From: a virus
Lineage: Duplodnaviria; Caudoviricetes
Reading direction: 5' to 3' (one strand)
IMG/VR virus record: IMGVR_UViG_3300037461_000489
Coordinates: 1-29,470 of that record
Length of the DNA: 29,470 bases
Positions 10,289 through 18,397 of the stretch are shown here, piece by piece. The notes beneath the pieces are model-generated. The model was not told the origin of the DNA. It saw nothing but the letters and a program-made list of their open reading frames with translations, and ran no database searches. The first letter of the stretch is position 1. Each line of letters starts with the position of its first letter. The position numbers and the translations under genes were made by a program.

Positions 10289-10815
10289 CAGAACCTCACC
10301 CCATACCGCCACATCGTCAGCCCGGGATTCCACCACATGCTCTCCGGCATCGCCGCGCCCCATCCGCCTCCCCCACCTCCCCCGCCGCCTCGCGGATACC
10401 ACCCACTGCTGCTCTCCACGTCCCCCTCGTATACCTGTGGCATCACACTCGCAGCTGTTGCCCTCACCGGCCTCAGCCGTGGCTGCGTCCCACCCAGGTT
10501 TTCTGGGAAAAACTGTCGCTCGAACGGATCGTGAACCGCCACACCCCATCCGCTATTTGGCTCCTGCGTCCACCCCTGGGCGTGCGTCGGTGTCGGCTCC
10601 CGAAAGTCGATCTCCGGTATCCACGCCCCCCGCGCCACTGGCCCCTGTCCCGGACGCTGTCGGCTCATAGGAATCGGAACCGGCCTCGTCCCTGGCCTCA
10701 CCGAGATACTGACCGGAGGCCTCGACGTCGGCCCCTGTCCTGGCCGCTGCACAGGCCTCGGCGCTGGCCTCGTTACCTGCTCGTACTCTCTCAACCAATC
10801 CCGCTGTCCTGGCAT
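10288..10815 (-). CDS. Pro/Arg/Gly-rich low-complexity protein, possible small ejection protein
   Basis: Tightly packed between neighbours; poly-Gly run; virion module position. Confidence 0.6.
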   Translation of the reverse strand: MPGQRDWLREYEQVTRPAPRPVQRPGQGPTSRPPVSISVRPGTRPVPIPMSRQRPGQGPVARGAWIPEIDFREPTPTHAQGWTQEPNSGWGVAVHDPFERQFFPENLGGTQPRLRPVRATAASVMPQVYEGDVESSSGWYPRGGGGGGGGGWGAAMPESMWWNPGLTMWRYGVRF

Positions 10816-10816
10816 C

Positions 10817-11050
10817 TCATACCCCCTGTCTCTGCTGCACCAAAGGCCTGATCACCTGATCCTCGTAGTCCCGCCATGCTCGCGTCCCGAGCTGCTGCGT
10901 TACCACGCTCCGCAGCGCAGTCCGCGATTCTGGGCGCATCCCCTCGAACTGCGTCCGCGCGCGCCTGTCGCCGTTAACCACTGCGTCTGCCTCCCGTCGC
11001 GCCGCAATGTTCAGCCCTGCCGCCTGCTTCCACGCCATCTGCAAATCCAT
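10817..11050 (-). CDS. Hypothetical protein (77 aa) after portal
   Basis: GGAGGGGAG RBS and ATG; stop lies 1 bp from the next start. Confidence 0.7.
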   Translation of the reverse strand: MDLQMAWKQAAGLNIAARREADAVVNGDRRARTQFEGMRPESRTALRSVVTQQLGTRAWRDYEDQVIRPLVQQRQGV

Positions 11051-11058
11051 CTCCCCTC

Positions 11059-11132
11059 CTGTTGCACCGGCTGCCAGCCTGTGTCTTTGATACCCTCAGC
11101 AGCTCCCACGCTTCGCGGCCGCTGCCCCAATC
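11059..11132 (-). repeat. ~74-bp intergenic repeat, copy A (degenerate REP-like palindrome plus GATTGGGG motif)
   Basis: Near-identical to 16605-16678, including an exact CTTTGATACCCTCAGCAGCTCCCACGCTTC core. Confidence 0.92.
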
Positions 11133-12927
11133 ATCTCCGCCCATACAGCGCGTCCACCGCATCCCCGTTCATCCCCGCGCCCGGCGCCCGCTGGCCCAAC
11201 ACCTGCGTCACCAGCTCGTTGATGTCCGGTTGCGACGCGCCAGGCGCCCCCATCTGTTGCACCGCCGGCACGCCCCCTAGACCTGTGTTGAACAGAGCGC
11301 CCTGCCCCGGCTCTTGGGGCTGCTCGATGGGCGTTTCTGCCTCGGCCGCCGCCCCAAACGTCTCCCCTACCTGCGCCTGCTCCCCCATCGCCTTCGCGTA
11401 CAGTTCTGCGTTGGCCTTGATATACTGCTCCACCAACACCTGCCAGGTCTCCCCCGTGCTGTCCAGCACGTTCAACCAGTCACGCGCCGTCCGCTGGCTA
11501 ATCACCTGGCGATCGAGGAGCTGCACCACCGCTGCCACCAAACTCAACCGGTCCTGCGGGAGGTTCGGTCTCAGGCTCACCTGCACCGCCACCCGCTCCG
11601 GGTCAATGTCCGTTGGGTCTATCGTCAGCACCCGCCCACCGTCCACCACGTCCTGCGCCTCGCCCGCGTGCGCGATCCAGAGCAGCGTGATCTCCAGCGC
11701 GCGCGCCAGCGCGTCCGCCGTCCGCTCCTGAATCGGAACCAGCGGCAACCGCCCCCCCTGGGCCAGCAAGTTGATCGCGCTGAACGACATGCCTCCGGTG
11801 GGACTACTCCCAAACACCACCTTGGGCACCAGCATCTCGCCGGCCTTGCTCTCTGTCAGCTGCAGCACCTGCACCATCTCGTCAGGGATCGCCGACATCG
11901 GCAACCGCTCCAGCTTCGTCTCGCCATAGAGCGTCACGTTGATCCCCGGTCTGCTCCAGTCAATCTCGGGATCCGCCGTCGCGGGCGTCGGCTTCCGCAA
12001 CGCGATGAACGGCACCGACCCCTGCGCGTAAGCCAGGCTGTAGATCATCGTGTAGGCGATGTTTTGCGCGTCCCACATGCCGCTTTCCTTCAGCGCATAC
12101 AGGAGCGGGAACACCTGCGCCCCACGATCTGCTGGCCAGAGCGTTGTGCCCTGAATCACCCGCCTCACGACCGGGATAAACGGCAACTTGTGCGCCTCCA
12201 GCAGAATCGGCTCGTCGCTCTGGCTGCACCAGACCGCGCGGTGCGTCCTGTCCCACAGGTCGAACACCGTCACGCCCGCGTCTCCCTTTCCCGTCACGTG
12301 CGCCGCCCGCTCCCCCCAAAAGTCTCGCACAGTTTCCGCCGTCATCTCCTCTACCACCACCGCAAGCTTCAGCCCGTACGCGTCGCTCTCGGTGTAGACA
12401 TTCGCCGGGTTCAACGTCTCGAACGTGAAGGGGACCCGCTTCGCCGCCTGAATCAGCGCCGCGTTGTCGCTCTCTTCGGCCAGCGCCATCACATCTCGGC
12501 TGTTCCCTACCCTGATCACGACCTCCCCAAAAAGCGCCGCGCTCAGGATCGCGTTGTCGATCAGCGGTGTGCTCGCCGCCTCGTCGCTCCTCCGTAACAG
12601 CGCCCGCAACGCGCGCTCCATCGCATCGTCGTTCGCCAGGTGCGCCACAGCCGGTCCCTCGCTGATCTCGTTTCCCTCTCCCGGAACGCTGATCGATACC
12701 TCGGCGGCCATCATCAGCCGCACCAGTCCGATCACCGCGTTATAGGCGTCCGGCGTCACCACCTGCCGTATCCAGTCCGCGCTGGGCTTCCCGCTCCAGC
12801 GCATGTGGAACATGTCCAGCATCTCCTCGTGCAGCGCCGCCCGCGTCGCGTCCGCCTGTTGCAGCGTCGCCGCCTTCTGCCGGTAGCCCTCCATCCGCGT
12901 GATGTCCCGGTTGCTCCGTAGCTTCAT
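11131..12927 (-). CDS. Portal protein (598 aa)
   Basis: ATGA overlap with the TerL stop sets the start at 12927; FETLNPANVY, HKLPFIPVV and stem helices SFSAINLLAQGGRLPLVP; size and position fit. Confidence 0.85.
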   Translation of the reverse strand: MKLRSNRDITRMEGYRQKAATLQQADATRAALHEEMLDMFHMRWSGKPSADWIRQVVTPDAYNAVIGLVRLMMAAEVSISVPGEGNEISEGPAVAHLANDDAMERALRALLRRSDEAASTPLIDNAILSAALFGEVVIRVGNSRDVMALAEESDNAALIQAAKRVPFTFETLNPANVYTESDAYGLKLAVVVEEMTAETVRDFWGERAAHVTGKGDAGVTVFDLWDRTHRAVWCSQSDEPILLEAHKLPFIPVVRRVIQGTTLWPADRGAQVFPLLYALKESGMWDAQNIAYTMIYSLAYAQGSVPFIALRKPTPATADPEIDWSRPGINVTLYGETKLERLPMSAIPDEMVQVLQLTESKAGEMLVPKVVFGSSPTGGMSFSAINLLAQGGRLPLVPIQERTADALARALEITLLWIAHAGEAQDVVDGGRVLTIDPTDIDPERVAVQVSLRPNLPQDRLSLVAAVVQLLDRQVISQRTARDWLNVLDSTGETWQVLVEQYIKANAELYAKAMGEQAQVGETFGAAAEAETPIEQPQEPGQGALFNTGLGGVPAVQQMGAPGASQPDINELVTQVLGQRAPGAGMNGDAVDALYGRR

Positions 12928-14309
12928 CGTCCCACCCCCCATCGAGGCCCCGTCAGTTTCGCTTGTTCGAACGGCGATTGCCATACCCGCTGCTTCTGCG
13001 GCGCCGTGTCGACCAGGCCAAAGCGCCACATAACCCCTACCCTCAGCGCGTCGAGCGCATCGTTATAGGCGTCCAATGGCTGCTCGCTCGTCACCGTTCC
13101 CACCCGATCCGTGGGACGCTTGTAGTGCTGGAACTCCCACGCCAACCCCTCACACCCCGGGCCAAAGGCCAACCTCGGCCCCCGTCCGTCAGGAGGCTCC
13201 AGCAGCCACTGCACGCGGCGCACTCCCTCGAGCACGCTCCCCGCGTCGAACGTCTCGAACGCCAGCCCCGGCCACAGCGCGCTCCACACCTCAGCTGTGC
13301 TACGGGCCGCCTGGTGCTGCCGCGTCTCGTGCCCGCCGATCGCGCGCGCCACGTTGTCCGCCCACGGGCGTTGCTTGCACATCTCCACGATCTCCTCGTG
13401 GATCCTGTTATGCTCCCACAGCTCGTCCACAATCACCATCATCTCCCGCCCGTGCCCATCCTTGCGAAACTGCGCCGCCAACACCGCGTATCGGCTGGGA
13501 TGGTAACCCGCGTCCACCAGCAGCGTCACGTCATCGTTCCCATCGAACACTGCCCAGGGCTGCACGTGAGCAACGTGCGAGAACTGCGGATACACCCGCG
13601 CCGGGTTGCTGATCAGCTCACCGTCGATCCTCCGCGCCGCTTCCTCGCGGCTCAGCGTCTGCCTCCAGCTCGCGATCTCCGGATCCTCCAGTCCGCCTGG
13701 GAACAAAGCCCGGTTTGCATAGCTTGGCAAGGCGAAGGACGCGACGTCCCACTCGTTGACCCGCTGCCCCATATGCCACATATCCGCCTGCCAGCCAACG
13801 CTATCCTGAAGCGTCCCGCTCATCAGCACTCGCCCCCGCGTCTCCGCCACCCGGCCTCGCGCTGCCAGGAAAGCATTCCAGCCGATGTATCCCCACTCCA
13901 CCAACGCCACGATGTCGTACGGCTCGCCGGTGGCTGTTAGCTCGTTTACCCCATCGTGCAGGCTCAATGTGCGTATCTCGCATCCCGTCAGGCTGTACGC
14001 ATACCACGCGCCACGCCGTGGCGTCGAGGTATGTCCTAACGCGCCGATCTTCACCAGCGCGTCGGTCAGATAACTGAACTCCTTCCGACCCTCGTCGTAC
14101 TCGTCGCTGGCGATGACAATGCGCTCGCACCACGGCACGCAAGCGAACAGCTCCATCCCCGTAAACTGGCTCTTGCCCGCCCGCTCTCCACCACTCACGG
14201 CGATGATCCTCGCCCCGCTCTTGTGGATCGGCGTCTGCAACTCGTGCGGCGCGTAGCCTACGCGCCGCCATAGCGCGCGCTTCTGCTTCCACGATGGCCA
14301 GCGACTCAC
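12924..14309 (-). CDS. terL: Terminase large subunit
   Basis: Q-motif PHELQ, Walker A GGERAGKS, variant Walker B IVALVE, motif III SGT, RNase H-like nuclease LVDAG...NDALDALR. Confidence 0.92.
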   Translation of the reverse strand: MSRWPSWKQKRALWRRVGYAPHELQTPIHKSGARIIAVSGGERAGKSQFTGMELFACVPWCERIVIASDEYDEGRKEFSYLTDALVKIGALGHTSTPRRGAWYAYSLTGCEIRTLSLHDGVNELTATGEPYDIVALVEWGYIGWNAFLAARGRVAETRGRVLMSGTLQDSVGWQADMWHMGQRVNEWDVASFALPSYANRALFPGGLEDPEIASWRQTLSREEAARRIDGELISNPARVYPQFSHVAHVQPWAVFDGNDDVTLLVDAGYHPSRYAVLAAQFRKDGHGREMMVIVDELWEHNRIHEEIVEMCKQRPWADNVARAIGGHETRQHQAARSTAEVWSALWPGLAFETFDAGSVLEGVRRVQWLLEPPDGRGPRLAFGPGCEGLAWEFQHYKRPTDRVGTVTSEQPLDAYNDALDALRVGVMWRFGLVDTAPQKQRVWQSPFEQAKLTGPRWGVGR

Positions 14310-14803
14310 TCCCCATCCTCCGCCGCATCCATCCCTCGTAGCTCGTCGAGGATGTCCTGTAACGTCTCTGCGTCCTGTAACTTGCTCACTGTCACCTGCT
14401 CTGTTAGCAGTCCAGCCCGCTTGTAGTAGAGCTGTCGATCCGCAGCCGTGCTGTCATCCGCCACCGCTCGCTCGTAGGTACGCTTGTCCACGTCCGCCAG
14501 GTGATCTCCCCGCAGCTGATACAACCGCAGTTGCTCTGCCCACTCCCGCAGCCTCCAGCGCTGGATCGTCTTGTAGAGCGTCTGCCGCGCGATGCCTAGC
14601 CAGTCCGCCAGGTCTCCTAGCGTCCGCAGCTCGCCCCGATCTCCCCGCCCACACGCCAGCCATGCCCCCGCGAAGCTCGGCTTTGGCTTTAGCCCGAAGC
14701 TCCTCAGTGTTCGGTACGCCTCCTCGAACCAGCCGCCCGCCGTTTCAGTCCAGGCCTCCACGTCCCCCGCCCGCTCGTCCATAGGCTCAGCGATCATAGC
14801 CAC
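14306..14803 (-). CDS. terS: Terminase small subunit (HTH)
   Basis: HTH TLGDLADWLGIARQTLYK; GTGA overlap with the terL start. Confidence 0.72.
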   Translation of the reverse strand: MAMIAEPMDERAGDVEAWTETAGGWFEEAYRTLRSFGLKPKPSFAGAWLACGRGDRGELRTLGDLADWLGIARQTLYKTIQRWRLREWAEQLRLYQLRGDHLADVDKRTYERAVADDSTAADRQLYYKRAGLLTEQVTVSKLQDAETLQDILDELRGMDAAEDGE

Positions 14804-16234
14804 TCACAATAGCAGCTTCAGCAACGATGTATCCCTGACCGTGTATTCGTAGCGGCCAATATCTGGCGCCGCGCCGCGATAACTTGGAGTAATCCCCGCA
14901 ACGGCGACGCCGGCATCAATGCAGGGGCTCCCGCCCGTCAGCCGGTAGTCCCGCCCCGCCGCGTCGACGAAGTCCGGGTTGTCCTCAAGGTCATGCGCGC
15001 CTTTTGTCCACGTGCTGTAGTTTCCGCTCGTCGAGTTGTAGGCCAGGTTGTAGTCCCTCGTCCCTGTCGGGCTGTTAGCGGGGTTGATGTAGTAGGCGTT
15101 GTTCGAGCAGTTGATGACAATGCAGTTCTCAGCGTTTACCTCGCCGTTGGTCTGGATGATGAAGCCGCGCCCCACCCCGTCAGCAACACAATGGTAAAAA
15201 TCCGCATCTCCACCATCAGAGATATAGCCGAAGTTCATGGTACCGGTGGTCCGGTAGAGCGTGCAGTGGTGCGTGATCCAGTCGCTGGTGCCGCCGCTCG
15301 CGCCAGTGCGAACGCCGCCATGTACGCAGTCATACGCCGTACAGTTGCGGATGATCCCCGCCGAGGCTCCGATAGCGTTGTAGCCGTCGACGTACAAGCC
15401 AGAAGCAACACAGTTGTCAACGACATGCCCCGTCCCATACTCGATATAGACCATCGTATGCCCAGGACCCGTAAAGGTGCAGCCGTCCACCGTCATACTG
15501 GCGCAGCTTGAGCCGGTGCCGACGCCATACGTCTTATTGGAGACGCCATAAGACATTGTGCAGTCTTCCACCGTCGCACCGCTGGCGTTGATGAGCACGT
15601 ACCCGAAATCAGCCGCGGCGCTGTATCCTGAGTTGTACCGGAAGTCACAGGCAGAGATAAGAGCGTTAGCGCCCGTCACCCGGAGCGCCTGCATTTGGTA
15701 CCAATACCGGATGCTGCGCACCGTCGCCCCGGAGCCGGAGAACGTCATGGCGTAGGAGTTGGCGACATCGTAAGCCTCGATCGACGAAGGAGCGGAACCG
15801 CCGATGTTCACATACAGCTTATCGCCGGCGTTGTCGAAGTAGCGGCTGTTCGTGGTACTGTCGCAGGTTGCCACGTCTGCAACCGAGGTCAAGAGCGTCG
15901 TACCATTCCAGACGCCCCAGCAAGAGCCGGAGGTGTACGCGGCTTCATAGACGTTCGTTCTTCCCGAGGTCTTGCTCCAACTCGTGTACTCGTGAGTCGG
16001 GACAAAGACGGGAGTATGCCCGGTGTCGGCTTCGAGTGTGAAAGTCGTTTCCGAGACGGTGTGAGCGTACTCCCGAAACCAGGTTGTCTTGTCCGCGCTG
16101 TCGCCGCGAGCCTTTACCGTGTCGCCGTTTCCCGCGATCGTGAGCGCTTTCGTCAGCGTCTTGTAAGGCGCGCCCGAGCTGCCGTCGCCGGTCGTATCGT
16201 TGCCGGCGGCATAGTCGATATAGTACGTCGCCAT
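14804..16234 (-). CDS. Right-handed parallel beta-helix protein (pectate-lyase-like; tailspike/depolymerase candidate)
   Basis: N-terminal YYIDYAAGNDTTGDGSSGAPYKTL; repeated V/I-x-N/D-C-T rungs; C-terminal NPDFVD..DYRLTGGSPCIDAG..APDIGRYEY. Confidence 0.85.
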   Translation of the reverse strand: MATYYIDYAAGNDTTGDGSSGAPYKTLTKALTIAGNGDTVKARGDSADKTTWFREYAHTVSETTFTLEADTGHTPVFVPTHEYTSWSKTSGRTNVYEAAYTSGSCWGVWNGTTLLTSVADVATCDSTTNSRYFDNAGDKLYVNIGGSAPSSIEAYDVANSYAMTFSGSGATVRSIRYWYQMQALRVTGANALISACDFRYNSGYSAAADFGYVLINASGATVEDCTMSYGVSNKTYGVGTGSSCASMTVDGCTFTGPGHTMVYIEYGTGHVVDNCVASGLYVDGYNAIGASAGIIRNCTAYDCVHGGVRTGASGGTSDWITHHCTLYRTTGTMNFGYISDGGDADFYHCVADGVGRGFIIQTNGEVNAENCIVINCSNNAYYINPANSPTGTRDYNLAYNSTSGNYSTWTKGAHDLEDNPDFVDAAGRDYRLTGGSPCIDAGVAVAGITPSYRGAAPDIGRYEYTVRDTSLLKLLL

Positions 16235-16582
16235 CTACGGCACCCGCGTCAGCACCAGCGTCAGCACCCGCGCCGCCCCCTGATTCACCGCCGTCGTCGG
16301 ATCCCCCACCGCGACACTCTTCAGCTTCAGCCGCGTCCATGCCGCCGTAGCACTCGGCGCCAACGTTCGCAACTGCGCCGCCGTCACCGTGATCTCCACC
16401 ACCCCGTCCTCGTTCTCCACCGCTTGGAACGTCCCGCCCACAGCCACATATGGCGTCAAACTCGCCGCCGTCCACGCCGCCGGCATACTGATGCCCGTCA
16501 GAAAGTAGTCCTGCATCTCGATCGGGTCGCTCTCCGCAGCCCCGTTCGCAATCGTCGCCTGTACGATCTTCACATCCGGCAT
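16235..16582 (-). CDS. Small beta-rich virion protein (115 aa)
   Basis: GGAGG RBS before ATG 16582; ATIANGAAES..GISMPAAWTAASLT..NQGAAR pattern typical of small phage structural proteins. Confidence 0.65.
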   Translation of the reverse strand: MPDVKIVQATIANGAAESDPIEMQDYFLTGISMPAAWTAASLTPYVAVGGTFQAVENEDGVVEITVTAAQLRTLAPSATAAWTRLKLKSVAVGDPTTAVNQGAARVLTLVLTRVP

Positions 16583-16604
16583 ACCCACCTCCCACTCCTG
16601 TCCT

Positions 16605-16678
16605 CTGTAGCACAGGCTGCCAGCCTGTGCCTTTGATACCCTCAGCAGCTCCCACGCTTCACGGCGATGGCCCCAATC
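16605..16678 (-). repeat. ~74-bp intergenic repeat, copy B, with intact GTAG + CACAGGCT-gcc-AGCCTGTG REP-like palindrome
   Basis: Aligns with 11059-11132; palindrome is perfect in this copy. Confidence 0.92.
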
Positions 16679-16700
16679 TACACTGCTTGGGTTCCTGCTA

Positions 16701-16733
16701 GGCCTGACCTGGTCGCGGCCACGGCCCCAATCC
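16701..16733 (-). repeat. Copy of GGATTGGGGCCGTGGCCGCG motif with CCAGGTCAGGCC extension
   Basis: 20-bp identity with 19-38; extension matches 26012-26023 at 11/12. Confidence 0.85.
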
Positions 16734-17119
16734 TACGGCCCGAACACCAACCGCACCCGCCCCGTGATCACACTCACGATCAGGCCCACCAGGCTCGTCC
16801 CCATTGCCACACTCACCCACAACACCGCGCGCGTCACCGGAGCCAGCTTCTCCAGCTCCTTCAACCGCGCGCGGTCCTGCTCTGCCTCGATCTCCAATGA
16901 CGCCAGACCCCGCGTATGATCCTCTAGCCGCGCGCACTGCTGCACATACGTGATCTGCAAACTGTGCAGGTCTCGCTCGTGCTGCGTCAGCACCGGCATC
17001 ACACTGCTTTTCAGCTCCTGGAGCGTCGCCTGCTGCGCCTCGAGCTGCCCGCTAATCGTTGCTAGTTGCACCTGCACCTGCGTCCAGTTCGGCGCAGGCG
17101 CCGCCCCTACCACCTCCAC
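16733..17119 (-). CDS. Coiled-coil protein with C-terminal TM helix (XhlA-like lysis-associated)
   Basis: Heptad-rich body, hydrophobic AVLWVSVAMGTSLVGLIVSVI; follows the holin. Confidence 0.6.
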   Translation of the reverse strand: MEVVGAAPAPNWTQVQVQLATISGQLEAQQATLQELKSSVMPVLTQHERDLHSLQITYVQQCARLEDHTRGLASLEIEAEQDRARLKELEKLAPVTRAVLWVSVAMGTSLVGLIVSVITGRVRLVFGP

Positions 17120-17120
17120 G

Positions 17121-17423
17121 CTACACCTTCGGGCTAATCTGATACGTCGCCTGGTTCACCACCAGCGCCGTCACGAACACCCGAACCAACGCCACCGCCC
17201 CGCCTGCGTCGCACGTAATGCCCCCCACCAGTCCGGCCAGCTCCGCTATCCCACTGCACGCCAGCCCATAGATCACCAGCGCCGTCAGCGCCAGCAACCC
17301 CGCCATCACCAGCCGCTTCACCGTCCCCTCCAGCGCGTCCCACTTCTCCCGCACACCGGGCACGTAACTGAACATCAGCGACAACACCACACCCGCCACC
17401 GCCCCCAGTTCCTCAGCCGTCAC
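17121..17423 (-). CDS. Putative holin (100 aa, 3 TM)
   Basis: GGAGG RBS and GTG at 17423; three hydrophobic segments; VLSLMFSYVPG..KRL..ALVVNQATY pattern recalled from Chloroflexota small membrane proteins. Confidence 0.7.
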   Translation of the reverse strand: MTAEELGAVAGVVLSLMFSYVPGVREKWDALEGTVKRLVMAGLLALTALVIYGLACSGIAELAGLVGGITCDAGGAVALVRVFVTALVVNQATYQISPKV

Positions 17424-17464
17424 ACCCCACCTCCGCCAGTTGATGACCTGCCCACACAACACAA

Positions 17465-17514
17465 AGCACGACGCCATTGAGACGACTGTCCAGTCGTTTC
17501 GCTTGCGTCGTGCT
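17465..17514 (-). terminator. Compound hairpin with U-rich tail upstream of the holin
   Basis: AGCACGACGC/GCGTCGTGCT outer stem, ACGACT/AGTCGT inner stem, followed by TTGTGTTGTGT on the minus strand. Confidence 0.6.
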
Positions 17515-17569
17515 ACCCTCAGTATACACCCAATCTTATAGTCTGTGTCTTGTCCCCTATAACAAACGT

Positions 17570-17606
17570 GCAGCGCGGCTCGGTGGAGGGAACCGAGCCG
17601 CGCTGC
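17570..17606 (-). terminator. Perfect 15-bp hairpin with TCCCTCC loop
   Basis: GCAGCGCGGCTCGGT / ACCGAGCCGCGCTGC, then ACGTTTGTT on the minus strand. Confidence 0.75.
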
Positions 17607-17608
17607 CG

Positions 17609-17638
17609 TTGTGGAGGTTCTGCGCACGCCGCTATAAT
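17609..17638 (+). promoter_or_regulatory. Possible promoter for the 77-aa gene, abutting the opposite promoter
   Basis: TTGTGG-18 bp-TATAAT. Confidence 0.45.
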
Positions 17639-17639
17639 C

Positions 17640-17667
17640 AGTATAGGCCAGCCGTTCTATAAGTCAA
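17640..17667 (-). promoter_or_regulatory. Sigma70-type promoter facing the late operon
   Basis: TTGACT-16 bp-TATACT on the minus strand. Confidence 0.6.
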
Positions 17668-17686
17668 GTGTTCTACAGGAGGCCCC

Positions 17687-17920
17687 ATGCGCTATCGGAA
17701 ACCCATCCGCCCCATAGATGACCATTCCGACGCCCAACTCCTTGCGGCGCTTGCCGATCTCCGCGCCCTCATCCATGAGGGTATCATCGACCTCGCCGCC
17801 TACCACGCCATCGCCGCTACCGCCGACCTCCGCTCCGGCTGGGCGCGCGTCGATCTAGTTCAGAACGCCATTACCGCCCTTCGCAACCAACGTAAACCCG
17901 CCCCCCACAATCCGCGCTAG
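17687..17920 (+). CDS. Hypothetical protein (77 aa)
   Basis: AGGAGG RBS and ATG; C-ending codons like other plus-strand genes. Confidence 0.75.
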   Translation: MRYRKPIRPIDDHSDAQLLAALADLRALIHEGIIDLAAYHAIAATADLRSGWARVDLVQNAITALRNQRKPAPHNPR

Positions 17921-18010
17921 CGTGGCCTGCAAGGCCCTTCTTCGCCACGCTGCGTCATTTTGACGCACACCCACACCATCTATGCCCAAAGCCACTATAA
18001 GGCCTTGGGC

Positions 18011-18346
18011 CTACTCGTTGTTTTGTGGTTCATTGTATGCGCCCTCGGTCTTCGATCTGGCAGGATCCGCCACGGCCCCAAACCGCGCCACCCTCCGCGC
18101 CGAGAGCCACGCGCCTACGAGCTGCACAGCCACCGCCCAATCCCCCGATAGCCCCACGGCTCGGAATGCCAACCGTGCCCCGACCAGCACCAGCGGACTC
18201 ACCAGCAGCAACCAGTACAGCCACTCCGCCCATGCCCCCTTTGCCAGATACCCGAAGCCGTAGATGCCGAAACACCCCACCACGAACTCCAGCACCGCCG
18301 CCCATCGCCGCGACTTTCCCGCCCTGACTGTTTTGGGTATTGACAT
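18011..18346 (-). CDS. Small membrane protein, TM2-like (possible superinfection exclusion)
   Basis: AGGAGG RBS; KSRRWAAVLEFVVGCFGIYGFGYL resembles the TM2 signature; next to the att site. Confidence 0.6.
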   Translation of the reverse strand: MSIPKTVRAGKSRRWAAVLEFVVGCFGIYGFGYLAKGAWAEWLYWLLLVSPLVLVGARLAFRAVGLSGDWAVAVQLVGAWLSARRVARFGAVADPARSKTEGAYNEPQNNE

Positions 18347-18368
18347 ATAACCTCCTATGCGTTACAAT
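18340..18368 (+). promoter_or_regulatory. Near-consensus sigma70 promoter for the small HTH gene
   Basis: TTGACA-17 bp-TACAAT; overlaps the start codon and RBS of the divergent membrane gene. Confidence 0.75.
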
Positions 18369-18397
18369 GGTGTTGCTTCACACAGAAAGGGGGGACG

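Noticed and set aside
189-16636. Many long plus-strand and alternate-frame ORFs (e.g. 189-1352, 9445-10851, 11314-12597, 12963-13940)
   Set aside because: Shadow ORFs of high-GC minus-strand genes; Arg/Pro-rich and without RBS
11059-16678. Diversity-generating retroelement TR/VR pair or attL/attR pair
   Set aside because: No reverse transcriptase, both copies are intergenic, mismatches are not adenine-specific, and the repeats are far from int, which has its own att
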